DNA of 62,939 nt, filler included, from Craspedostauros australis (Eukaryota), in the NCBI GenBank assembly GCA_030167865.1. It is 10 parts of 10 records of this genome, joined end to end, with 100 filler letters (N's around TTAATTAATTAA, not from the genome) between each part and the next. Parts side by side here need not be neighbours in the genome. Positions count along the whole stretch, not along the records: positions 3,997 to 22,177 come from JALAGF010005777.1; 9 more parts are not named here. One strand, 5' to 3'. The position numbers and the translations under genes are program-made. The notes under the pieces were generated by a model. The model was given only the letters and a program-made list of their open reading frames with translations, made no database searches and was not told the DNA's origin. Position 1 is the first letter of the stretch. Each line of letters begins with the position of its first letter. Below are positions 10,243 through 19,029 of the stretch, one piece after another.

Positions 10243-12669
10243 ATGCCGCCCGCTCACGCCAACAACACTGCCGCCACTGTTACCAGCAACGCCAACAATG
10301 GCAATGGCAATGACAATGACAATGGGCATGGCCACGGCCACGGCCACGGTCACGACCACGACCACGGTGATCAAAATGACAACAAATGGCCTCTGTTCGG
10401 ATCACCAATACCTGAGCCAACGCCGATCAGCGACATGCTCGAGCTGACAACCGACAACAACAACGTCGACAGGTCGATGCGAGCCATGGGAGCCTCGATC
10501 GCAGCAATGCCTGCTGGCGCCCCGTCACCGTTCACGACACTAGCCGCACACAATAAAAACATGCGAGATAACGGCAACCATCCCAAGGTCAACCAAATAG
10601 GAACGAAAGTTCATGGCCAAGATCTCAGCCTGTCGAGGTCGGAGTCGGTCACAGCAAGAGAACTTCTGAAGGGGTTCGACCCAGTGAAGATCATAGAAGA
10701 AGAACTCAACCATCTCTCTGTGGAGGAGCGCGGCAAGGTGTATGAAGACGTCCACGGCCCATGCAGCGCAAGGGAAGAAACACCCGTCTTTCTTGCCGCT
10801 AAGCTCGATGACATGAGCATCGAAGTTGCGATGATCAAGCACAAACCCGCTTACATACTCGCAAGGACGAAGGATCAGCCGTATGCGGATGACCCTAACC
10901 TTTGGCTCAAATTCCTTCGGTTTGATGAATACAACCCAAGAATTGCCGCCAAGAAGTTGATCGATTGGTTCGAGCTCAAACTCGATCTGTTCGGTTCCCA
11001 CCTCCTGGTAGAGACTATCACGCTTGATGATTTATGCGCTGAAGCATATAAAATCCAAACAGATGGTCGGTGCCAGATACTTCCTGCGCGGGATGCACAT
11101 GGCAGAGCCGTCATCTGCTGCCTTGAATTCGACCTCTCGATGTTGGTGTCAGAGGCATCCCGGCGCAATTACTTCTACTTCTGCATGAAGCTCTTGGAGG
11201 ATGAAGATGTTCAACGCAACGGCGTGGTTTGCATTCGCAACGGCCGAGAAGAAGCTGACGATCTCAGCATGGCCGCATGGAGAGGTTTGTACAAATGCGC
11301 CAAACTTACGGAGACCATACCTCTGTGCCTTCGCGGCTTTCATTTCATCGCCGAGAACAGCACAGTCGTTCAGCATATCAGCAGCTTCATACAGCTGAGC
11401 TTCACCAAGCACGTTCGGCATCGGTGCCGCACTCACCGTGGCACCTTCATGGAGTGCCGCTACAGCTTATTGCAGTACGGCATCCCAGTAGACCACTTCC
11501 CGATCAACAATGACGGTGAGATGAAGCTCGAGAATCACGCCATGTGGCTGCAACATGCGAGACGCGAAGAGGCCGTCATCTTGGCGGAGAGGCGTCGAAA
11601 ATGGCAAAGCAAGTTGCAGATCGTACCGCACCCGTCTTCGCTGGCGCACGTCGACCCCAAGGCCCGCGCCACAAGTCCGAACACCATCCTAACAACATCG
11701 ACTGTGACAACATGCGATTCCAACAGCCTTGACGACTCCATCACCTCAATGGCATCATCAAGATCACGCCAATCAAGTAGCAAGTCCAATGTGCCGGTGC
11801 TGGGAGTTGCTGAGGACATGTGCGAACCATTGATCGTCCGTGGAGCCCCAGCAACCAGCCTCGCGGATCCAGCTGCGATATCCTTGGCTTCTCCTCTTTC
11901 TCACGCATCTGACAGCCCTAGAGTTGATGTCAGTGTTGGTAATAGTGATGACAATGGTGATGGCAATGGTGATGGCAATGGCGATAGTAATGGCGATAGC
12001 AATGGCGATGCGAACATGTCGTACGTTGCAACTATTGCATGCAACGGCGCACGTTTGGGGGTTGGAGGCGGATCTTCGGAACAGGCAAAGGACGATTCCA
12101 CCCGTGATGGTTCTGCTGTGATTGTCGGTAACACCAAGACCATCAAGGCTGTCTCCGTTCCCACGTCTGCTTGTCCTCCTCGTGGCATCAAGACATCATC
12201 GAAGAGCATCCAGGTTGCAGACACAGATACGGCCAATGATGGTGTCTACCTGCCCTCTCCACATGATGTCATCCTCGGTCGTGGCCGGCCATTCCAAGAT
12301 CACGCTGGCAATCAAAACCTGCGCAAGCTCATCGCCGAGTGGTTCGACAGCTACAATGCGTCACCACGCAAGGTCAAGATGGCAATCGCCGAGCGTATCG
12401 TGGATATCGTTCGCGAGAGCAATGGGAGATTCCTCAAGAGATCGCGCTGCATCGACGGAGCGACCTGGACCGAAGTGAGCTTGGTGGAGGCGAGGGAAAA
12501 GGTCTCACATGGATTCCGCAAGAAAAGGGAGATGGATGCTGCCGCCAAACGCCGCGCATCCAAACAGAGGGTACAGGTTGAAGCGAGGTCGGTCGGGGCA
12601 ACAGCAGCCGGCGGCAAGTCGCTCAAAGCCGAGCCACAAGGATGCTTCGGCGGTCCCAGGTGCGTTTGA
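10243..12669 (+). CDS. CRAL-TRIO/SEC14-like + DUF6824-like protein, paralogue 2
   Basis: First in-frame ATG is at 10243 (the ORF track starts at an upstream GTG). Motifs LKFLRFDEYNPRIAAKKLIDWFELKLDLFG, QILPARDAHGRAVI and DVILGRGRPFQDHAGN...EKVSHGFRKKRE. Confidence 0.85.
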   Translation: MPPAHANNTAATVTSNANNGNGNDNDNGHGHGHGHGHDHDHGDQNDNKWPLFGSPIPEPTPISDMLELTTDNNNVDRSMRAMGASIAAMPAGAPSPFTTLAAHNKNMRDNGNHPKVNQIGTKVHGQDLSLSRSESVTARELLKGFDPVKIIEEELNHLSVEERGKVYEDVHGPCSAREETPVFLAAKLDDMSIEVAMIKHKPAYILARTKDQPYADDPNLWLKFLRFDEYNPRIAAKKLIDWFELKLDLFGSHLLVETITLDDLCAEAYKIQTDGRCQILPARDAHGRAVICCLEFDLSMLVSEASRRNYFYFCMKLLEDEDVQRNGVVCIRNGREEADDLSMAAWRGLYKCAKLTETIPLCLRGFHFIAENSTVVQHISSFIQLSFTKHVRHRCRTHRGTFMECRYSLLQYGIPVDHFPINNDGEMKLENHAMWLQHARREEAVILAERRRKWQSKLQIVPHPSSLAHVDPKARATSPNTILTTSTVTTCDSNSLDDSITSMASSRSRQSSSKSNVPVLGVAEDMCEPLIVRGAPATSLADPAAISLASPLSHASDSPRVDVSVGNSDDNGDGNGDGNGDSNGDSNGDANMSYVATIACNGARLGVGGGSSEQAKDDSTRDGSAVIVGNTKTIKAVSVPTSACPPRGIKTSSKSIQVADTDTANDGVYLPSPHDVILGRGRPFQDHAGNQNLRKLIAEWFDSYNASPRKVKMAIAERIVDIVRESNGRFLKRSRCIDGATWTEVSLVEAREKVSHGFRKKREMDAAAKRRASKQRVQVEARSVGATAAGGKSLKAEPQGCFGGPRCV

Positions 12670-14050
12670 GCTCAGGCCCCGATTCATTTTTCAGATTCAT
12701 GAGGTTCCATCGAAAGAGTTCACAGCTTGTTGAATCCACAGCCGCATCACATTTAGTATAATAAGTCTCTCGTATAGTAGGTTTTATTCGATATGGCAAT
12801 GCCCCAAGCTTGCACGATGTGAAGAAGATGCTATAAATAGAATAATATGACTTGGTGCAATGATGCAGAATGATATTATAGAGGATAACATTCCATTTGA
12901 TTGATGGCTCCGTGTCAGCATCTGAGCTCCTCCTCCTCCACCTCCACAATAATATTAATACGCACGAGCCATGGGTGGAGCATCGAAGATCGAAGATGGT
13001 GCGTGCGTAGGAGCTCCTAATGAAACCCATTCCACGCAGATCTGACAATCGAGGAAACACATCTGAACAGAGCAGAACGGCATGGCCACTACCCGTGCGA
13101 GTAGCAGCCCGCACAACGAATGCTCGTGCGTCGCGACCTTCGTCTCTCGGACATGTCAAAGGCAAGGCATTTGGGTATGTCTCTGGAGGTACCAAATTCG
13201 CACTCTTGTACGCATTCCTCTCTGGGAAGAGAGCCTGTGGTTGGCCTCACGTTGAAGTCATGTAGAAGCCCTACTGAATGGTACCATCCCTCGTAGGCTT
13301 CTACGCATGGCGACTTTCCATCCTGCCTCCCGAATTTGGAATGTCCCCGAGGTGTTCAAAGAAGGTGCCATGATCACGATCGAGAAAGTGCGACATGGTC
13401 CAGTGACAACTGGACACAAGCGCAGATTAATGACATGGCACGAACATGCCTCGTTCTCCCAGTGTCGCTACTCGAGAATGCGGGAACGTTGGGCTTCGCA
13501 GACATGTCAGGAGAATGGTGCCCTCGCTCACGTGTGGTGGTCGGTGGATGCTTCTCTTGAGCCAGCCTCGGCATCAAGTTGTGTGACCTGATTTCCCTCT
13601 CCAGGAACCTCCTGGAACGATTTCCACAGTGGTGTCAAACGCGGTTCTTCTTTCCATCATGTTCCTTGCTTGGTTGGATGCTGATGACTGCCGCGAGGAT
13701 GATGGTTCGGCATGTTGCTCTTCAAGTATTGTGCCTACGACTACGAATGGCGCTCCCCAAGCGCAGCAACAGAGAGTGTTGCGATTGTGAGTTTTCAGGC
13801 GCCACAAGTGTGGGCACAGATGCTCCGACAACACACGCAGATCAAAGTTGCAATCAACCAGACAACAATACTCGTACAACCGTACATAGCCAAGCATCAC
13901 GAACGTGAAACAGAGGCAGAAGTGGGCACTACACACCAAGGCACTTGCGTCAAGCAATTACAATCGACGCTCTAGACTCGCATCGCTTCCCATTTACCCA
14001 AGCAGCCGACTTCACGCAGACCAAAACGAGAATCATCGCTCCACACAACA

Positions 14051-16078
14051 ATGAAGCGGGCACTCCCACACGCAGATGATGAGTTCGCCGGCGGCGACTG
14101 GCTCACCAACGTGTTTGCTGATCTGATGGATCGAGACCTCCTCTCATCGCCGGAGGCCCCTCCGCAACACCCAACGAATAACAGTGACAGCCGTGGCAAA
14201 AACGTCAACAGCAATACCAACACCACAGTTCTCCCAGCATCATCTGATGACCCACATGCCAATCTTGATGATGCAGCTATCACAGACCGGGGTGGACCTC
14301 CGCTGATCGTCCACCGCGACATGTTCGACTTGACGACCTTTGCGACATCGCCAACGACGACAACAGAGTTTCCGACGAAGGGCAAAGCCACCAATGCAAA
14401 CGCTCATGCCAGCTCCAGCACAGGCACAGACACAAACACAAACGCAGATGGCCCTTTTGGTCCGCAACACTCGCACGCGAATGACAGCGCTAGTGCAGAA
14501 CCCATCATCGAGCAACCGGGAGCATCATCCGAACCACCCCACGAAGTTGACGCAGCCGAGGTGGTTGCGAATGAGCTCAGGCACATGTCTCTGGATGAGC
14601 GCCAGGTTGCTCTGGAGGATATCCATGGCATCACGAAGATGGACGAGGAAACGCCGTCGTTCATAGCCGCGAAGCTCGACGATATGAGCATTGAGCTTGG
14701 CCTCATCCCTGTCAAGCCTGCATACGATGCCGCCAAGAAGCAGAATCAGGCGTACGTGGAAGGAAGGACCCTGAGGCTCAAGTTCCTGCGCTGCGTTCGG
14801 TATAACTCGAAGCTGGCCGCCATCCGCTTTGTTGGGTGGTTTGATGTCAAGCTCGAGCTGTTTGGGGCCCGGCTGCTGACGGAGGATATCACCATGTTTG
14901 ATCTCCCACCAGAAGCACAGGAGATCATGTCAAGCGGTCGCGTCCAATTGCTCCCCGTACGGGATTCATCGGGCAGAGCGATCGTTTCGTCGGTGTGTTT
15001 CAACTCGGACATGTTCTCCACCTCGGCGGCGTCCCATTTCTTCTTCTACTTCTCGATGGTGCTCCTGGAAGACGACCTCACACAGATGAGCGGCATCGTC
15101 GGAGTCCACGGCATGCACATGCCATTCTCTGAGTTCACGCAGGCGCAACGGGAGAACTACATTGCCAGCGCAGCTACCACGAAGGTCAACCCAGTCAGGT
15201 TCCAGGGGTTCCATTTCGTCGCCGGTCTCAGTCCGACGCTGCGTCGCGTTGCCGATCTACTGCAGGTGTCCTTCTCCAAAGACCTCAGGCACCGCTTTCG
15301 GATCCACTCCGGTACCCTGGAACAGTGCAAGTATTCGTTGATGGGCTATGGCATCCCAAAGGATATTCTTCCGATTACCAATGATGGCCAGATCAAGATG
15401 ACCGCGCACATGAGGTGGTTGCAGCAGCGCCGGCACAAGGACACCCTTACCGTACAGGCACGCTCCAACCCTTCCCCCATCGCGAACCTGAGCACTCGTG
15501 CCACGGATAGTACGATTAGAGTACCGGGGCCGCCCGGTGCTTCATCTGCTGCATGTCAGAAGACTCTGCCGAAGGTCATTCACGATGGCACGCACCATTC
15601 TTCCCCATTGGTGTCGGATGCTTCATCTTCAACATCATCGGGAGAAGCCCGTTGTTTGTTGAGCGCCAGCGAGTCAGCCGACACCAACGCGCCGATCGTG
15701 CCCACCGACAATGACGTTCTGCTGGGTCGTGGAAGACCGTACCAAGAGCACGCGGGCAACGTCTACCTCAAGGCGCTCATCGTGCAATGGTTCGACAAGT
15801 ACAACATGTCGCCGAGACTCGGTAAGATGGCTGTGGCGGAACAGCTCGTGCATCTGATCCACCTGCAGAACGGACGCTTCATCAAGAAGGTCACCGACGA
15901 TGAATGGGAAGAGGTGGAGCTTCCGCAAGCCCGCGAGAAGGTATCCCATGGCTTCCGCAAGAAGAGGGAAATGGACGCAGCCAGAGCGAAGGCGAACCTC
16001 GGTGCTGGCAAGGCCAACACAGGGAGGAAGAAGGCGGACAAGAAGGCATTCGGTGGTGTTAAGCGCGTGAAAGTATGA
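14051..16078 (+). CDS. CRAL-TRIO/SEC14-like + DUF6824-like protein, paralogue 3
   Basis: 675-aa ORF with LKFLRCVRYNSKLAAIRFVGWFDVKLELFG, QLLPVRDSSGRAIV and DVLLGRGRPYQEHAGN...EKVSHGFRKKRE. Confidence 0.85.
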   Translation: MKRALPHADDEFAGGDWLTNVFADLMDRDLLSSPEAPPQHPTNNSDSRGKNVNSNTNTTVLPASSDDPHANLDDAAITDRGGPPLIVHRDMFDLTTFATSPTTTTEFPTKGKATNANAHASSSTGTDTNTNADGPFGPQHSHANDSASAEPIIEQPGASSEPPHEVDAAEVVANELRHMSLDERQVALEDIHGITKMDEETPSFIAAKLDDMSIELGLIPVKPAYDAAKKQNQAYVEGRTLRLKFLRCVRYNSKLAAIRFVGWFDVKLELFGARLLTEDITMFDLPPEAQEIMSSGRVQLLPVRDSSGRAIVSSVCFNSDMFSTSAASHFFFYFSMVLLEDDLTQMSGIVGVHGMHMPFSEFTQAQRENYIASAATTKVNPVRFQGFHFVAGLSPTLRRVADLLQVSFSKDLRHRFRIHSGTLEQCKYSLMGYGIPKDILPITNDGQIKMTAHMRWLQQRRHKDTLTVQARSNPSPIANLSTRATDSTIRVPGPPGASSAACQKTLPKVIHDGTHHSSPLVSDASSSTSSGEARCLLSASESADTNAPIVPTDNDVLLGRGRPYQEHAGNVYLKALIVQWFDKYNMSPRLGKMAVAEQLVHLIHLQNGRFIKKVTDDEWEEVELPQAREKVSHGFRKKREMDAARAKANLGAGKANTGRKKADKKAFGGVKRVKV

Positions 16079-16192
16079 TGCTGTCGTCGTTCATCTACGA
16101 GTACGGTGATGGCCATTATAATAGTACATGCATTCTACCATACGTCGTCGAACATGGTTTTGCATGGTAGGCTACTCGCACACTAGCTCGTA

Positions 16193-18439
16193 TCATTGCC
16201 AGTAATGAGGTGCCAACTCTCTCAACCACCGCGCATCGATCGATGACACAGAGAGCAGCTCCATCCCGCCTCGCGCTCCGTCTTGCGTCTCGCTGAAGAT
16301 GATGTACTGGCTGGCCTTGCCTCTGGAATGGAACACGCTGCCTTGGTTGGGCGTCACGAGCACCCTGCCCTTCGTACCACCGCGCAGCGTGTAGTAACGA
16401 CCGTCGTTGTTCAGCTTCGCAACGTTGAAGAAGAAACCTGCCGTCACGCACTTGCGGATAGAAGCGCTGCGTTCTTCTGGAGTGGCTGTGTCCATGTCCG
16501 TAACCTGACCGAACCGGCGCAAGAATCGCACCAGCTGATCTCGGATCTCGACGGTGCGTTTCAATGCCATATGATTGATGAACCGTTCTCTGCAATCCTC
16601 CCGATCCAGCTTCGTGTCGTCGTTCTCGGCGATCAGGTTGGAGTACGTGACGTGATCCCCGGACGTGTCCACGATGCGATCCATTGCCGTCTCGTAGTCC
16701 AGCAGCTGCTGCTGCCGTCGGGCGCTGCCGCCACGAGGTCGTTGGAACAGTGATCTCGATTGCAATGCGCTCGCGACTCCCGCAACCTCGTACGCGCACT
16801 CTTCCCTCAAGGACTCCAACAGCATGCGGGATACCCTGGGTTCTGTGGGGAATGCGGACATGTCCATTCCCATCTGCGTGAGCCGTCCTTTGTCGTCCAA
16901 TGCGCCAAGCGCGAACAAGGATTCCATGCCGTGAGAGAGCGAGTCAACGCCCGGCATGTCCATCAGATCGAACGCCAGGATGTTCTCCACGCCAAGAGCC
17001 TTCAGCGACAAGATGAAGCTGGCGAGATTACTGCGCAGGATCTCAGGTAACGATGCGCGCTCCATTTGCTTGGTGAAGAAGTCCTCGGTGTACAGTCGGT
17101 AGCAATATCCTGTATCCAACCGTCCCGCCCGACCGGTCCGTTGCTGTGCGCTAGCCTGGCTGATAGGCGCCACGACCAACCGCTCAAAGTAGGTTCTCGG
17201 ATCGTAAAATGGCATCTTGGCAAAGCCGCTGTCCACAACGTGGGATATCCGCGGCACTGTGACGGAGGTCTCTGCGATGTTGGTTGCGAAGATGACGCGG
17301 CGTTGGTGCTGGTCCTTTCGGTTTGGCGGTTGGAAGACTCTGACCTGCGAGGAGTATGGCAGAGAACCGTACAGCGGCAAGAACACAAGCTTGCTGTTGC
17401 GTTCATCATTCTGGGCGTCGGCGAAGTCCTCGGCAGTCCGTATGGCATTGTCGACATCCTCTGCGGATGGCAGAAAGCAAAGAATGTCGCCAGGACGCTT
17501 GCTGTGATGGATGCTGAACACCGTCTCGACCGTGCTACGAATGTAATCCGATGCCGGGTGCGTGAGGTACATGACTTCGACTCCATGTTGCCGCCCGTCA
17601 ACCGAAATGATCATGCCGCTATCAAGGTTGCTCCTGATACCGGTGCTGCTTCCATCACCTCCACTGCTCCCGTTGCCTCCATTGTGCAACGATGCCGACC
17701 CACCCGCGGCATGCTGATAACTATGCGTGCGGTTGTTGGTTGACATGACGTCCATCACCGACGATTGATCCTTGACGAGGAAGTTGAGGAAGGCTTGAGC
17801 GTCAATCGTAGCGCTGCACACCACGATCCGCAAGTCCTTGCGTTTTCTGCGGATCTTCTTCAGCATGCCAAGCAGCGCATCCGAGTTCAGGTTGCGTTCG
17901 TGCGCCTCGTCCACCATGACGACCGAGTACTGCGACAGCAGCGGATCGTGAAATGATGCCTCGCGCAGGAGCATGCCGTCGGTGACGTACTTGATCTTCG
18001 TATCATCTGAAGTGCAATCATCAAATCGCACCGTGTACCCGACGGTCGCGCCCATCGGTCCGCGGCCGACCTCGTGCGCCACCCTCTTCGCAAGGGTCTG
18101 GGCAGCTATCCTACGCGGCTGCGTGCACACGACTTGAAAGTCGTTGCCGCACCAGCCGTTCTCGTACAGGAACTGCGGAATCTGCGTGCTCTTTCCGCTT
18201 CCCGTCTCCCCAACGATGATCAGCACGCCGTAATGCTCCATGCTGTACAGAATCTGTCGCCGATGCTTGTGAATGGGCAGCAGCATCCGCTGCTGCGCCA
18301 GCGGCGCACGGCTGAAGTTGAACGGCACATCGCTCTTCTCGTAGCCACCCGAGGATGATGGATCGCCCTCCCGCTGCGATGTCGTCGCAACCGATGACGC
18401 GGTCGATGGCTTCCAAAATCCTTGGCTGGTCATGGGCAT
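16193..18439 (-). CDS. DHX35: DEAH-box ATP-dependent RNA helicase, DHX35-like
   Basis: Motifs GETGSGKST, TQPRRIAA, DEAH, SAT, TNIAETSVT, QRTGRAGR, plus an HA2-like region. The N-terminal FWKP motif is typical of DHX35. Start moved to MPMTSQG at 18439 because the upstream extension is a GA microsatellite. Confidence 0.88.
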   Translation of the reverse strand: MPMTSQGFWKPSTASSVATTSQREGDPSSSGGYEKSDVPFNFSRAPLAQQRMLLPIHKHRRQILYSMEHYGVLIIVGETGSGKSTQIPQFLYENGWCGNDFQVVCTQPRRIAAQTLAKRVAHEVGRGPMGATVGYTVRFDDCTSDDTKIKYVTDGMLLREASFHDPLLSQYSVVMVDEAHERNLNSDALLGMLKKIRRKRKDLRIVVCSATIDAQAFLNFLVKDQSSVMDVMSTNNRTHSYQHAAGGSASLHNGGNGSSGGDGSSTGIRSNLDSGMIISVDGRQHGVEVMYLTHPASDYIRSTVETVFSIHHSKRPGDILCFLPSAEDVDNAIRTAEDFADAQNDERNSKLVFLPLYGSLPYSSQVRVFQPPNRKDQHQRRVIFATNIAETSVTVPRISHVVDSGFAKMPFYDPRTYFERLVVAPISQASAQQRTGRAGRLDTGYCYRLYTEDFFTKQMERASLPEILRSNLASFILSLKALGVENILAFDLMDMPGVDSLSHGMESLFALGALDDKGRLTQMGMDMSAFPTEPRVSRMLLESLREECAYEVAGVASALQSRSLFQRPRGGSARRQQQLLDYETAMDRIVDTSGDHVTYSNLIAENDDTKLDREDCRERFINHMALKRTVEIRDQLVRFLRRFGQVTDMDTATPEERSASIRKCVTAGFFFNVAKLNNDGRYYTLRGGTKGRVLVTPNQGSVFHSRGKASQYIIFSETQDGARGGMELLSVSSIDARWLRELAPHYWQ

Positions 18440-18535
18440 CGTGTTTGTGCACGATCTATCGACGCGTCGATGGCTCAACGTGCGATCGCTGCAAGTGTGA
18501 TGATGCCAGTAGTATGGTGTGGTATCACTCTTGTT

Positions 18536-18539
<4 letters not shown>

Positions 18540-18573
<34 letters not shown>
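18540..18573. repeat. (CT)17 / (GA)17 microsatellite just upstream of the DHX35-like start
   Basis: Direct read of the sequence. Confidence 0.95.
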
Positions 18574-18575
<2 letters not shown>

Positions 18576-19029
18576 GAAGGAGAAAGCGAGCACAAGAGAA
18601 CGTGGAATCCGGTGGTATGAGCTGCGCGCGTCGGGGACCAAATCCTGTCTTGTGGCCTCATGTGTCCATCTTTGCCGTGTCGTTCGTGGGGATCAACGCG
18701 GATTCGGTTTGCGGTTTGGTTGGTCCGCGTTTCTGTGTGGTGCGATGCTGCGAGAAGGACAAACGTAGTCCCTCACGATTCCGAATCGTGCATACTTGTG
18801 ACAGTTGGTGAGAATGCATGTGGAATCGCAGTTGTGGATAGCACCATACATACCATCCTTGTATTAGTATTAGCATTCGTGCATATAATACCATTACTTT
18901 CATGTACGAGTACAAGAGGCAAGAACAGCAGGAAGTACGAGTGTTGCGAAGGTGGATCTGCTACTGTTGTTAGAGATCATGGCGTGCTCCATGGGCTTTG
19001 CCAACGATTGCCTAGCTGCAGACCAAAGC

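Noticed and set aside
18440..18661. N-terminal extension of the helicase (…QRERERERERES…)
   Set aside because: Translation of a GA microsatellite in the likely 5' UTR; family-like sequence begins at MPMTSQGFWKP.
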